DNA of 64,000 nucleotides from Kofleriaceae bacterium. GTDB taxonomy: Bacteria; Myxococcota_A; Polyangia; Haliangiales; Haliangiaceae. The number at the start of each line of letters is the position of its first letter. Within the stretch, counting starts at the first letter, position 1. The stretch spans positions 28,221 through 92,220 of the forward strand of contig CBDCCZ010000017.1 of NCBI GenBank assembly GCA_965215005.1. Reading direction: 5' to 3'. Position numbers and translations under genes: made by a program. The notes beneath the pieces were generated by a model that saw only the letters and a list, made by a program, of their open reading frames with translations, was not told the origin of the DNA and searched no databases. Shown here one piece after another: positions 40,737-52,500 of the stretch.

Positions 40737-42014
40737 ATGCTCGTGAGTCGCGCTGGCGGAATTCTGATGGGATGGCTCTTCATCATCTTTGGCGGGCTTC
40801 TGCTCTTGCTGGTGCACGCGGTGTATTTCAGCGGGCGCGCCGTGCGCGCTCTCGCCGAAGTAGTGCCCCGCTCACGGCGTTACTTGCGTTCGGGTCGGCT
40901 GGCTTATCTGCTGGTGGCGTGCTCGCTGCCGGTGGCGGCGGTTGGCGTGGCCCTGTATTCGTGGGCCACGGATGCGGCGCTCCGGCTGCCCGACGAGACG
41001 CTGGTCGATGCGCTATTGGTGGTGCCGTTTTGGCTGGTGACCCTGTGGTCGCTGCAGTGCTCGGTGCTGGTGATACCGCTGGACTTGAGCTTTCGCCTGC
41101 TCAACCGGTTGGGCCTGCTGCGAGGCAGCCGCTGGCGGTGGCGACGGCAAGCGTTGGTGTTGCTGATCCTGGCTGGATTTCTGGCTTTCGTGCCGACCTC
41201 GATGGCGCTCGAGCGCAGCCAGCTCGAGGTTCGCCATCACGTCTACGCCTCGCCCACGCTGCCGGAGGCGCTGAGCGGAATGCGCCTGGTGTTGATCGCG
41301 GACTTGCAAGCCGACCGCTACACCGGTCCCACTCGACTCTCGCAGCTGGTTGCCGCGGTCAACGCGCAGCAGCCCGACGTGGTGGTCATCGCCGGTGACC
41401 TGATCACCCGCTCGTCGCGATACATCGAGGTGGCAGCAGACTACGTCGGCGCGCTCCAGGCGCGGCATGGCGTGTTCGCGTGCATCGGCGATCACGACAA
41501 CTTTGCCTACCGCGGCGACTTCGCCCGCAGTACGCGACAGGTGCGAGAAGCGTTGGCTCGACGAGGCGTGCTCATGCTCGAGAACGAGGTGTTGCACCTG
41601 CCCCGCGGTGAGGCAGAGCTGGCATTGGTTCTGGCAACCAACAACTACATTTCGCGCGTGCAGGAGGACACGCTGAGAGCGCTGCTCGACGACGCCCAGC
41701 AGTCCGACTTGCAGGTGCTATGCACCCATCAAACCAGCCCTGCACTGCTCGCGCAAGCGCGCGCGGCCGGCGTGGAGCTGGTGCTCGGCGGCCATACCCA
41801 TGGAGGGCAAGTCGCGCTGTGGCTGCCGTTCTTCGACCTGTCGCCGGTTCGCTTCGAGACGAGCTATGTCGATGGCAGCTACCAGCTCGGAGACATGCTG
41901 CTGGTCGTCACCAGCGGCCTCGGCGTATCCATGGCGCCGCTTCGCTATCGGGCCCCCGCGAGCATCGACGTCATCGAGCTCGAGCGCGGCGCGCGGCAAC
42001 CACTGGACCAATGA
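40737..42014 (+). CDS. Membrane-anchored metallophosphoesterase (YkuE-like)
   Basis: N-terminal TM helices; IADLQ, AGDL, IGDHD, THQ, GHTHGGQ, TSGLG. Confidence 0.85.
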   Translation: MLVSRAGGILMGWLFIIFGGLLLLLVHAVYFSGRAVRALAEVVPRSRRYLRSGRLAYLLVACSLPVAAVGVALYSWATDAALRLPDETLVDALLVVPFWLVTLWSLQCSVLVIPLDLSFRLLNRLGLLRGSRWRWRRQALVLLILAGFLAFVPTSMALERSQLEVRHHVYASPTLPEALSGMRLVLIADLQADRYTGPTRLSQLVAAVNAQQPDVVVIAGDLITRSSRYIEVAADYVGALQARHGVFACIGDHDNFAYRGDFARSTRQVREALARRGVLMLENEVLHLPRGEAELALVLATNNYISRVQEDTLRALLDDAQQSDLQVLCTHQTSPALLAQARAAGVELVLGGHTHGGQVALWLPFFDLSPVRFETSYVDGSYQLGDMLLVVTSGLGVSMAPLRYRAPASIDVIELERGARQPLDQ

Positions 42015-42029
42015 AGAGAAGCAGCGAGG

Positions 42030-42911
42030 TCAGGCGCGGGCGCCTCCGGCGGCGCTTGCTGCCACCGGCGCGGACGCCTGACTTGCGTGCCTAGCCCGCC
42101 CAGAGGTCGATGCCAGCGCGGCGCCAAACGCTTCTTGCAGCCAGCGGCAGAGATCGTGGTTTGGCAGGTCGAGGGCACGGCGGCAAATCTCGTGCACGTG
42201 GGCGGGAAAGTCTTTGCTGAGCATCCACCTGAGATATCCGCCGCCTTCGACGATGGCCAGCTCGTGCAGCGCTTTGCCACTGTGTTTGCCAAAGCCGAGC
42301 ACCGCCACGCCCGACTCACTCCATTGAATGTGCCGTGACGGCCCAACCCAGCGCGCCCGCTCAGGCTCGCACACCTTAGCGATCACGCCCCAGTCGCTAC
42401 CATCGAGGCCGAAGTGCTCGATCATGCCGCGCAGCACCCGCCCGGTGGCGGCGACATCGGCGGTAGCACTGTGCGCTTCGGCGAACGAGTCGCCCACGAA
42501 GCGGCGATGCGCGTGCTGCAGCGAGCGCGGCTCACACTGCTGCCATAGGCGAAACGCATCGACCACCTGCTTGTCGCCGAAATCTACCGGCGGCAGCCGT
42601 AGCCGCTCGTACTCGGCTAGCAGCATGTCGATATCGAAGGCGATGTTGTAGCCGATGACCACCTCGGCTTTGGCGAAGATGCCGCGCAGCTCCTCCGCCA
42701 GCACACCAAAGCTTGGACAATCGGCCAGGTCCTCCATGGCGATGCCATGCACCGCCTGGGCGCCCGGGCTGATGGGCACCCGCGGCTTGATGCGCCACGT
42801 ACGACTCTCAGCCTCCGCCTCCAAGCCGAATTGGATACAAATTTCGATCACCTGATCGCGGCGGCGATCGGTGCCGGTGGTCTCGACGTCAAATACGATC
42901 GTAGTTGCCAT
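42030..42911 (-). CDS. DEDDh 3'-5' exonuclease (DnaQ/ExoX-like)
   Basis: FDVETTG, GYNIAFD, AHSATADV; C-terminal FGKH.GK...GYLRWML. Confidence 0.9.
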   Translation of the reverse strand: MATTIVFDVETTGTDRRRDQVIEICIQFGLEAEAESRTWRIKPRVPISPGAQAVHGIAMEDLADCPSFGVLAEELRGIFAKAEVVIGYNIAFDIDMLLAEYERLRLPPVDFGDKQVVDAFRLWQQCEPRSLQHAHRRFVGDSFAEAHSATADVAATGRVLRGMIEHFGLDGSDWGVIAKVCEPERARWVGPSRHIQWSESGVAVLGFGKHSGKALHELAIVEGGGYLRWMLSKDFPAHVHEICRRALDLPNHDLCRWLQEAFGAALASTSGRARHASQASAPVAASAAGGARA

Positions 42912-43050
42912 ACGCAAGCCTTCGAGATCACACGGTAAAGGACAGCTCTGACAGTTCCTGCAGCTGCCTGAAATCACTACTCTTTCTGCACTCGCACAGG
43001 GGCTCTGGGCGCGGTTGCGAGCCGCCCGCCGCCGGCGCAAGATAGCCGCC

Positions 43051-44442
43051 ATGCCCGATACCCGCACCGAACGAGACAGCATCGGCGACATCCAGGTTCC
43101 CAGCGGTCGCTACTGGGGCGCGCAAACCCAGCGCTCGATTGAAAACTTCCCCATCGGCGACGAGCGGATGCCCCTCGAGGTCATCCACGCCATGGCGATC
43201 CTCAAGAAAGCCGCAGCGCGGGTCAATCAGAGCTTTGGCAAGCTCGACGAAACTCTCGCTGGAGCGATCCAGCGCGCCGCGACCGAGGTCATCGAGGGCA
43301 AGCACGACGACCACTTTCCGCTCAAGGTCTGGCAGACCGGCAGTGGCACGCAGACCAACATGAACGTCAACGAGGTCATCTCCAATCGCGCCATCGAGCT
43401 CCTCGGCGGCGAGATGGGCTCCAAGAAGCCGGTCCACCCCAACGACCACGTCAACATGTCGCAGTCGTCCAACGACACGTTTCCCACCGCGATGTCGATC
43501 GCGAGCGTCACGATGATCGAAGATCGGCTGCTCCCCGCGATGACACGACTGCGAGATGCGCTCGCGGCCAAGGCCAAGGCGTTTGCCAACATCGTCAAGA
43601 TCGGCCGTACGCACCTCATGGACGCCACCCCGCTCACCTTGGGGCAAGAGCTCTCCGGCTACGTCACCCAGCTCGAGAAAGGGCTGGCCAAGGTCGGCGC
43701 CAGCCTCGAGCACCTGCGCGAGCTCGCCATCGGCGGCACCGCAGTCGGTACCGGCCTCAACTCTCCCATCGGTTGGCCCGAGAAAATGGCCACGAGCATC
43801 AGCGAGCTCACCGGTAAGACCTTCGTGTCGGCGCCCAACAAGTTCGAGGCGCTTGCGGCGCACGATGCGATCGTCTCGGCGCACGGCCAGGTCAAAACCG
43901 TGGCCTGCTCGCTCATGAAGATTGCCAACGACATCCGCTGGCTCGGGTCGGGTCCGCGCTGCGGCATCGGCGAGCTCGAGCTTCCCGCCAATGAGCCCGG
44001 AAGCTCGATCATGCCCGGCAAAGTCAATCCCACCCAAAGCGAGGCCATGACGATGGTGTGCGCCCGGGTCCTTGGCAACGACGCCGCGATCAACGTGGCT
44101 GGCGCTTCCGGCAACTTCGAGCTCAACGTCTTCAAGCCGGTGATGATCTACACGTTCTTGCAGTCGGTGAAGCTGCTCGCTGACGCCTGCGGCACCTTCA
44201 CCGATCACTGCGTAGAGGGGCTGCAGGCCAACACCAAGCGGATCGACGAGCTCTTGCACAGCTCGCTCATGCTGGTCACCGCGCTAGCGCCGGTCATCGG
44301 CTACGACACCGCCGCCAAGGTTGCCAAGGTTGCGCACCAAAAGGGCATCAGCCTGCGCGAAGCGGCCATCGATCTCGACGTGCTCAGCGGTGAGCAGTTC
44401 GATGACGCGGTCAAACCAGAGGAAATGATCGCTCCGCAATGA
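43051..44442 (+). CDS. fumC: Class II fumarate hydratase
   Basis: [43 protein letters not shown]. Confidence 0.97.
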   Translation: MPDTRTERDSIGDIQVPSGRYWGAQTQRSIENFPIGDERMPLEVIHAMAILKKAAARVNQSFGKLDETLAGAIQRAATEVIEGKHDDHFPLKVWQTGSGTQTNMNVNEVISNRAIELLGGEMGSKKPVHPNDHVNMSQSSNDTFPTAMSIASVTMIEDRLLPAMTRLRDALAAKAKAFANIVKIGRTHLMDATPLTLGQELSGYVTQLEKGLAKVGASLEHLRELAIGGTAVGTGLNSPIGWPEKMATSISELTGKTFVSAPNKFEALAAHDAIVSAHGQVKTVACSLMKIANDIRWLGSGPRCGIGELELPANEPGSSIMPGKVNPTQSEAMTMVCARVLGNDAAINVAGASGNFELNVFKPVMIYTFLQSVKLLADACGTFTDHCVEGLQANTKRIDELLHSSLMLVTALAPVIGYDTAAKVAKVAHQKGISLREAAIDLDVLSGEQFDDAVKPEEMIAPQ

Positions 44443-45092
44443 GGACGGTCATTCTCACGCTGCTGCTGGTCACCTTGTGCAGCGGCTGCAAAGTAAAAGA
44501 TCCGCCGCCGATCAGCGGTGCGTGGCGCGATGACTTCGACCGCAAGCACCTCGGCGGCAACTACTATAAGTCGGGCGGCTCGTATCGCATCGTCGACGAC
44601 CCGGCAACCGACGCGCCTGGCGTGCTCGAAGTCACCGGGGCGTACAACCATCCGCTGTGGCTGCGCAAGAAGCTGCCGCGCGAGGTAGAAATCGAGCTCG
44701 ACGCATGGTCGCTTTCGCCCGAGGGAGATCTCAAGGTGGAAGTGTTTGGCGATGGGCTCTCGCACGCGCGCAACAAGGGCGCCTACACCTCGTCGGGGTA
44801 CGTCCTGATCATGGGCGGCTGGGGAAACTCGAAATCAATCCTGGCGCGGCTCGACGAGCACGGAACCGACGTGGCCGAGCGACGACACCCCAAGGTCGAG
44901 CTCGGCAAGCGTTACCACTGGAAGATCGTCCGCAAGGGCAACCGCATCGACTGGTACGTCGACGACATGACGACGCCGTTCTTGAGCTACGAAGATCCGC
45001 GGCCGCTCGAAGGGGAAGGCCATGAATACTTCGGCTTCAACAACTGGCAGTCCGATGCGTTCTTCGACAACCTCGTGGTAACGCCCCTGTGA
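44439..45092 (+). CDS. Hypothetical lipoprotein, probable beta-sandwich (ConA-like)
   Basis: Lipobox CSGC; DDF N-terminal and FDNL C-terminal motifs; ATGA overlap with fumC. Confidence 0.65.
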   Translation: MRTVILTLLLVTLCSGCKVKDPPPISGAWRDDFDRKHLGGNYYKSGGSYRIVDDPATDAPGVLEVTGAYNHPLWLRKKLPREVEIELDAWSLSPEGDLKVEVFGDGLSHARNKGAYTSSGYVLIMGGWGNSKSILARLDEHGTDVAERRHPKVELGKRYHWKIVRKGNRIDWYVDDMTTPFLSYEDPRPLEGEGHEYFGFNNWQSDAFFDNLVVTPL

Positions 45093-45228
45093 ACCCCACC
45101 GGCACGCGCGCCGGTGGCAGTGGCGCGGCTCGCCCGGCGTCGTCTGGCGACGGCACGCGAAACGCCGCTCACTGACTTCCTAGGGCCGTCGCTAGGGATT
45201 TTTCCGCTACAATGACCACGCCAGCTCA

Positions 45229-48200
45229 ATGGAGCAATTCGGCAAATATCAGCTTCTACGGCGGGTCGGCATCGGGGGGATGGCGGAGGTCTTCCTCGCG
45301 CGAGCGCCCGTCGCACAGGGGCTCAACAAGACCCTGGTGATCAAGAAGATTCACCCGGCGTTCGCGCGTTCACAGCAGTTCGTCGCCATGTTCGTCGACG
45401 AAGCCAAGATCGCGCTCGGCCTCAACCATCCCAACATCGTCCAGGTCTTCGATTTCGGCCAAGTCCGAGACACGTTCTTCTTGGCCATGGAGCATGTCGA
45501 AGGCATCGACCTGCTTCGGCTCATGCAACGCGCGGCGCAGCGCGGCCGGGGCGTGCCTCACGCACTGGCCAGTTACATCGTGCAACAGGTTGCCAAGGGG
45601 CTCGACTACGCCCATCGCAAGACCGATGACTTTGGTGAGCCGCTCGGCATCGTGCACCGCGATATCTCACCGCAGAACGTGCTGGTGTCCTGGGATGGTG
45701 CGGTAAAAATCGTCGATTTCGGCATCGCTCGGGCGCGCGATGTTCAAGAAGAAGAAGGCGTCATCAAAGGCAAGTTCGCCTATATGTCGCCAGAGCAGGC
45801 GCGGGGCGAGCCGGTCGACCGCCGCTCAGATGTGTTCAGCGCCGGGGTGGTGCTGTTCGAGCTGGTTTGCCAGCGGCCGCTATTTGCGGGCAAAGGCAAA
45901 GAGGTGCTCGAGCAGGTGCGGGCAGGCATCATACCGCGACCTTCGGATCTGGTTGCGTCCGTCCCCTCGATGCTCGAGGAGAGCATTCTGCACGCGCTCA
46001 CCTTCGACCGCGAGCAACGGTTCCAGACCGCGCGGGATCTGCAGAAGAGCCTGGTGCGGTTTCAGTTCCAGGTCTCGCAACACGCCGAGCTCGTCGACTC
46101 GGCCATGCTCGCGCGCTTCATCGCGCAGGTGGTTCCGGAAGAGGAGCGGCGACCGAGCCAGCTGCCACCCTCGGCACGCGCGCCGGCGCGCGCACGCCGT
46201 GGCGATGACACAGGCGTCTCCGACGTCGAAAGGATTGACACCGCAACCCGCCCGCCCACGCCGCGGACCGAGGTGCGCGAGCGCAAGCACGTCTGCGTGG
46301 TCGAAGGGCATCTGCGCGGCCGCGCCTCGCTCGAGCGCAAGATCGGCGCTGAGCGCGCCGCAGCTGTGGTGCGCGAGTTCGAAAAGGTCGCGCGCGATAT
46401 CGCCTTCAAGCACGACGCGCACGTCCTGCAAGCCAGCGACAACATCGTCAAGATCGTGATCGGAATGCCAGTGGCGAGTGAGGACGATGTCACTCGCACC
46501 ATTCGTCTCGCGCTGGCGCTGGTGGATGCGCTCGATGCAATCGGCAGCGATGTGGAGCCGGATCTCCGGCTGGCCATCGGCATCCAGCGGGGCGCCGCGC
46601 TGATGCGCCGCCGGATTGCTGGCACCTTCGAGTATCAACTAGGCGAGGCCACCGCGGTCGCGGCTAATAAGCTGGCGCGTGAAGCGCAAGGAGCGGAGAT
46701 CCTCGTCGGCGGACGCATCTATCGCGTCGCGCGAACCGACTGGACCTTCGAGCCGCTCGCCGCGGTCGACGTCTCGCCCGATCCCGATACGCAGCCGAGC
46801 GCGGGCGATACCGAGCCCGGGATGCACCGCGCGCGGGTGTATCGCCTGCGCGGCCCAAAAGAGCGGGCAGAACGCATGCGCGACAGCCATAGCGGCGGGG
46901 GCGTGCTGCTGGGGCGCGATCTCGAGCTAAAGGCGCTGCGCGACGCCTATCGCGACGTCCAGCTGCGGCGGGTCAAGCGCCCGTTCGTGGTGTTTGGCGA
47001 TACCGGCATCGGCAAGCGCGCGCTCGTGAGCGCGTTTCTCGAGGGCATTCCTGCCGGAGAAGCTGTGGTGCTGCGCGCGGTGACGCGGGTGGCCACTGCG
47101 TATACTCCGTTTGCGGTGGTTGCCGATCTGGTGCGCGACCTGCTCGGTCTTGCCGAAGGCGCCGAGCCGCACGAGGTGCATCGCCGCATCGAACGCACGC
47201 TGTCGCTGCTGTATCCCGGCGAAGAAGACTCGCGGGAAGCGCGCGTCACCTTCGCGACGATCGCGGTGCTCCTCGGTGCTCACACCGAAGCAGCGGGCGG
47301 CATCGACGCCGACGAGCGCCGCCAGCGCATCTTGGGCGCCATGATGCGCATCGAACAACGGCTGTCGGGCGATCTGCCTCTCATCGTCGTAGGCGAGGAC
47401 GTTCATTGGTGCGACGACGAGAGCATCGAGCTATTTCGAGCGCTCCTCAAGGTGCCATCGCGACGGCCATTTCTCGGCATCGTCACCTCTCGTCCCGATG
47501 CCCGCATCATGCGCGCTGCTAGTGAGCTTGGCGCGGAGACGATGCGCCTCGAGGAGCTCGACGGCAAGAGCTGCCTCGAGCTGATCCGCCGCGCCTTCGT
47601 GCCCAGTCACGACCTCACCGAGCTGACTTCGCAGATTCTCGGCAGCGCTGGCGGTAATCCGTTCTTCATCCTCGAGATGCTCGACTCGCTGGCCGAGCGC
47701 GGCATCGCCCGCGCCGATGATGAGCATGGTGAGCATCCGGGGCTCCTGCGCTGGGTGCGCCGCGACGTACCGGTTCACGTTCCGAGCTCGGTAGAAGCGT
47801 TGCTTTCGACTCGCCTCGATCGGCTGCCATACGCGCAGAAAGAGACCATCATGCACGCTGCGGTGCTGGGCCGCGCCATCGAGCCAGCGTTCGTGGCGGA
47901 GCTGCTTGGGCGCTTGCCGACGGCAGAGCTCGACGCCCTCGCCCGTCGCGGTCTGATGGTCGCTGCCGATCGTCGCTACGTGTTCTGTAACGACATGACC
48001 ATGACGGTGGCGTACCAGCTCCTGCCGCAAGATGAGCGAACGCGGCTGCATCGGCGCGCAGCAGAGCATCTGGAGCGCGGGCCCAAGCGCGGTCGTGCGC
48101 AGGACGCCATCATCGCTCGCCACCTCGAGCTGGCCGGCGATCACGCGCTAGCGGCCGAGCGGTATCTCGCCGCGGCCCGCGCCGCCGTCGACGTCGGCGG

Positions 48201-49560
48201 CAATGCCGATGCGTTCCGCCAGCTCACCCGCGCCCTGAAGTTGTTGCCGCCAAGCGACCACGAGCGGCGATTTCAAGCGCGCAAGCTTCGCGAGGAAATC
48301 CTGCGCCGCCTGCCGCGCAGGCCGCAACAGCTGCGGGAAATTCACAACCTGCGCAAAGAAGCCGAGGCGCTCGGTGAGGCCTCTAAGTTGGCGCTGGTAT
48401 ACGCGCGCCTGGCGCAGTTCTATATCGACGTTGGCAAAGCGCCGGCCGCCTCGCGAGCGGTCGCGCCAGCACTGCAACATGCGCGCGACGCCGGCGATGC
48501 CTTAGCCGAAGCCGAGGCGCTGCGGCTGCGGGCCTCCATTGCCCGCCTCGTCGGCCAAAACGATGATTCGCTGCGACTCTGTGAGCAGGCGCTGGCGCTG
48601 TGCAACAGCGAGCGCGAAGGACTTCTGCAGCGCGCCACCATCCTCAACAATCGCGGCACCACACTGTGGAACATGAATCGCTTGCAAGACGCCATCGAGT
48701 CCTACGCCGAGGGCTTGGTGGTCTATCGCATGCTCGAGCTGCCGCGGTTAGAAGCGCGCTCGCTCAACAACATGGGCATCGTGTTTAGCGCGCTGGGCGA
48801 GTTCGAGGAGGCCCTCGCACACTACAAGAGCTCGCTCAAGATCGATCAGGAGCTCGGCGATCGCCACGGCATCGGCCTCAAGCTCGCCAACCTCGGCCAA
48901 ACCTACGCCGAGCTCGGCGACTATGAGCGCGCCTCAAGATATCTGCAAAAGGCACTCAAGCTAGCCGAGCAGATGGACGATCCCTCGACCACCACCGACG
49001 CGTGCATATCGCTTGGCCAAGTGCATCTGCAGGTAGGAACGTTCGAGGAGGGGCTTGCGCAACTCGAGCGCGGGCTGCAGCTCGCCAGCGCCAATCGCGA
49101 CCGCTATCAAGAAATCCGCGCCCTCATCTATCTGGCGATGGGACAGCTCGATAGTGGTCAACCCGCCGAAGGTGCGCTCGAGCTGGCGCGCTCGGCGACC
49201 GAGCTGGCGCGCAAGATGCCGATGCCGGTCGGGGAGACCTATGGCCTCGCCGTGCAGGCACTGGCGATGGGCCGACTTGGACGCATGGAGGAGGCGGCCG
49301 AGCTCTCGAGCGCCGCGGTGGCAATTCAGCGCGAGCAAGGCAAGACCGAGGGCGCCGAGCACATCTGGTTCATTCACTCGCGAATGTGCTCGCAGGCGGG
49401 TCGCACCAGCGCATCGCGGGAGGCGCTCCGAGAAGCGCAGCGCGAGGTTGACGGCAAAGCGGCGCGGCTGCGAGATGAAGAGTTGCGGCGCAGTTACCTG
49501 TCGGCGAAGGTGCCGCGCGCCATCGCCGAAGCGCAGGCAGCGCTCGAGTCCGAACGCTAA
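45229..49560 (+). CDS. Ser/Thr kinase - degenerate class III cyclase-like domain - STAND ATPase - TPR protein
   Basis: GIGGMAEVF, HRDISPQN, DFG, GKFAYMSPEQ; ERK.V.V cyclase-like entry; GDTGIGK, EDVHWCD, GGNPFF; TPRs (LNNMGIVFSALGEFEEALAHY). Confidence 0.9.
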   Translation: MEQFGKYQLLRRVGIGGMAEVFLARAPVAQGLNKTLVIKKIHPAFARSQQFVAMFVDEAKIALGLNHPNIVQVFDFGQVRDTFFLAMEHVEGIDLLRLMQRAAQRGRGVPHALASYIVQQVAKGLDYAHRKTDDFGEPLGIVHRDISPQNVLVSWDGAVKIVDFGIARARDVQEEEGVIKGKFAYMSPEQARGEPVDRRSDVFSAGVVLFELVCQRPLFAGKGKEVLEQVRAGIIPRPSDLVASVPSMLEESILHALTFDREQRFQTARDLQKSLVRFQFQVSQHAELVDSAMLARFIAQVVPEEERRPSQLPPSARAPARARRGDDTGVSDVERIDTATRPPTPRTEVRERKHVCVVEGHLRGRASLERKIGAERAAAVVREFEKVARDIAFKHDAHVLQASDNIVKIVIGMPVASEDDVTRTIRLALALVDALDAIGSDVEPDLRLAIGIQRGAALMRRRIAGTFEYQLGEATAVAANKLAREAQGAEILVGGRIYRVARTDWTFEPLAAVDVSPDPDTQPSAGDTEPGMHRARVYRLRGPKERAERMRDSHSGGGVLLGRDLELKALRDAYRDVQLRRVKRPFVVFGDTGIGKRALVSAFLEGIPAGEAVVLRAVTRVATAYTPFAVVADLVRDLLGLAEGAEPHEVHRRIERTLSLLYPGEEDSREARVTFATIAVLLGAHTEAAGGIDADERRQRILGAMMRIEQRLSGDLPLIVVGEDVHWCDDESIELFRALLKVPSRRPFLGIVTSRPDARIMRAASELGAETMRLEELDGKSCLELIRRAFVPSHDLTELTSQILGSAGGNPFFILEMLDSLAERGIARADDEHGEHPGLLRWVRRDVPVHVPSSVEALLSTRLDRLPYAQKETIMHAAVLGRAIEPAFVAELLGRLPTAELDALARRGLMVAADRRYVFCNDMTMTVAYQLLPQDERTRLHRRAAEHLERGPKRGRAQDAIIARHLELAGDHALAAERYLAAARAAVDVGGNADAFRQLTRALKLLPPSDHERRFQARKLREEILRRLPRRPQQLREIHNLRKEAEALGEASKLALVYARLAQFYIDVGKAPAASRAVAPALQHARDAGDALAEAEALRLRASIARLVGQNDDSLRLCEQALALCNSEREGLLQRATILNNRGTTLWNMNRLQDAIESYAEGLVVYRMLELPRLEARSLNNMGIVFSALGEFEEALAHYKSSLKIDQELGDRHGIGLKLANLGQTYAELGDYERASRYLQKALKLAEQMDDPSTTTDACISLGQVHLQVGTFEEGLAQLERGLQLASANRDRYQEIRALIYLAMGQLDSGQPAEGALELARSATELARKMPMPVGETYGLAVQALAMGRLGRMEEAAELSSAAVAIQREQGKTEGAEHIWFIHSRMCSQAGRTSASREALREAQREVDGKAARLRDEELRRSYLSAKVPRAIAEAQAALESER

Positions 49561-49571
49561 GGCCTGCGGCG

Positions 49572-52500
49572 CTACTTCGGCGGGTCGATAGGCTCCTTGC
49601 GGCGGAATCGCCGCAGCATCCAGTCGCGGAAGCTCGCCGTTATATCGTAGAAGGTGGGAATCACCAGGAGCGTGAGAACCGTCGAAGTAATCACGCCACC
49701 GATGACCGAGATGCCGAGCGGTGCGCGAAAGTCGCCGCCCTCGCCGCGACCGATGGCCACCGGCAGCATGCCCGCGATGATCGCCAAGCTGGTCATCACG
49801 ATCGGCCGCAGGCGCACTCCGCCCGCTTCGATGATGGCGTCGCGTCGGCTCATGCCATCCTCCGTCGACCACTTGGCGAAGTCGATCAACAAGATGGCGT
49901 TCTTGGCCACGATGCCCATGAGCAAGATGACGCCAATCATGCTCATGAGGTTGAGCGTCGCGCCGGTCACGAACAGCCCGAGCATCACTCCAATCAGCGA
50001 CAGCGGCAGCGACGCCATGATTGGTAGCGGGTCGAGAAACGAGCCGAACTGGATGACCAGCACGAAGTACATCAGCAAGATCGCGGTGGCCAATGCCAGT
50101 AGGATGCGGGTGAAGACCTCCCGTTGGTCCTCGGTCTCACCGCCTTGCTTCATCGTATAGCCGCTGGGAATCGTCACCGACTGCAGCCGCGCCTCCATCC
50201 CCGCAACCACCTCGCTCAGCGGCGCGCCCTCGGTGTTGGCGCCCACCGTGACCACGCGTCCGGTGTCGAGATGCTCGATCTGCGCCGGGCCTACGCTGCG
50301 CGAGATGCGCGCCACTTGGCCGAGCGGCACCACCCGCGGTGCGCCGTTCTCGCCCATTAGCACGAGCGGCAAGTTGGCCAGATCTTCGGGGCGCACCCGC
50401 GCCTCGGGAATCAAGCGAACCTCGACATCGCGCGTCTCACCGCTAGGATCGATCCAGTCGCCGGCATCGATTCCGGCAAACGCGGGCCGCAGTGCCTGCG
50501 CAACCTGGCCCACGCTCACGCCGAGGCTGCCGGCTAGATCCCGATCGACTACGATCTCGAGCTCGGGCTTTTGCCCCTTGCTCGAGAGACCGACATCGAC
50601 CGCGCCCGGCACTTGCTCGACCTGCGCAGCCACCTCCGCGGCGAGCCGATTGAGCACCTCGATATCCGGTCCAGAGAGCTGAATCTGGATCTGCTTCTCA
50701 TCGCCAAAGCCGCCGGTTGAAAGCGACGCGGTGGCGCCGCTGATGCGCCGCACCTGGTTTCGCAGAGCTTGCGCGATTTCGTCTTGATGCACCTGCCGGG
50801 AGGCTTTAGGAGTTAGCCGCACGTAAATGCTCGCGACATCCACCGCGCCACCTTGACCACCAATGGTCGCGTAGGTGTATTGCACCTCCGGCTGCAGTGT
50901 GGCCAGCCGCACCGCTTCCTCGGCTTTCTGGCGGGTGTACTCGAGACTCGAGCCTGGCGGCGTCTCGATCTTGATCGTGAACTCCGAGCGATCTTGCTTG
51001 GGAAAGAACTCACTGCCGATGAGCCCCAGGCGCGGCATCATCAACGCTCCCACGAACGAGCCGACCGCCAGCAGCACCATGATGAATCGGTGCCGCAGCG
51101 CCCACGCGATCACTGCCCTGTAGCGATGAGTCTGGCGATCGAACCAGCGGTTGAATACGAGCAAGCGGCGGGTGAGCCAGCTGTGGCTCTCGCCGGTTGC
51201 CTCGGGATCGGGCCAGACCGCCGACAGCATCGGATCGAGCGAGAACGACACGAACAGCGACACCATCACCGAGCACGCAATGGTGAGCGCAAACGGCGCG
51301 AACCACTGTTCAGCAATGCCTCCCATGAACGCGATCGGCACAAACACCACCACGATCGAGAGAGTGGTCGCAGCGACCGCGAGACCGATTTCTGCCGTGC
51401 CCTCGCGCGCCGCGGTAACGTGATCCTTGCCCATCTCCATGTGCCGCACGATGTTCTCGCGCACGACGATGGCGTCATCGATGAGAATGCCGATGGCCAG
51501 TGACAGGCCCAAGAGCGACATCGTGTTGAGCGTGAAGCCAAACGCCAGCACCGCGATGAACGAGGCCAGCACCGAAACCGGCAGCGCCAGGCCGGTGATC
51601 ACGGTGGAACGCCACGAGCTGAGAAACAGAAACACCACCAGCACCGTGAGCGCCGCGCCTTCGAGCAGCGACTCCTGAACGTCGGCGACCGAGTCTTCCA
51701 CCCGCACGCCCGCATCACGCACGATGTCGAGCGTGACCTCGGCGGGAAGCTCGGCCTGCAGCACCTCTACCCGCTTGCGCAGCTCCTCGGACACTGTCGT
51801 AGTGCTAGCGCTGGATGCCTTGACCACGTCGATGCCCACCGCGGGCTTGCCGTTGAACAACGCCATCGAACGCGGCTCTTCGGTGCCATCGCGAACGTTC
51901 GCGATGTCCCCCAGTCGAACTACCCGGTCGCCTTGCCGGGCAACCACCAGCTCGCCGAACGCGGCTGGGGTTTCCGGCCGCCCTTCCAGCCGAATCGTTC
52001 GCTCCTCGAGCGGACCCGACAGTCTGCCCACTGGGGCAGCCAAGTTTTCCGTGCCCAGCGCCGCCACCACTTGCGCGACGCTCACGCCGGTTGCTCGCAG
52101 CGCCTCGGGACGCAACTCGACCACGAGCTGGCGCTCGACGCCACCGACGATGTCGACGTCGGCAACCCCGGGAATCGCGCGCAGCGCCTTCTCGACCTGC
52201 ACGTCGGCGATGCTGGTGAGCTCATCTGGAGCTAGCTCGGCAGATGAAAGCGTGAGCGATACGATCGGCAGATCATTGGGATCGAAGCGCGTGAGAATCG
52301 GCTCTTCGATCTCCGGCGGGAGATCATTGCGAATCTCGGAGATCTTGTCGCGGATATCTTGCGAGGCCTGCTGCAGGTCCTTCTCGAAGTCGAAGATGAC
52401 CGTGATCATGCCGAAGCTATCGAGCGCCAGCGAGGTGGTCTCGTCGACGCCACTGATCGACGTGAACGCCTCCTCGAGCTGATCGATGAGCTCTCGCTCG

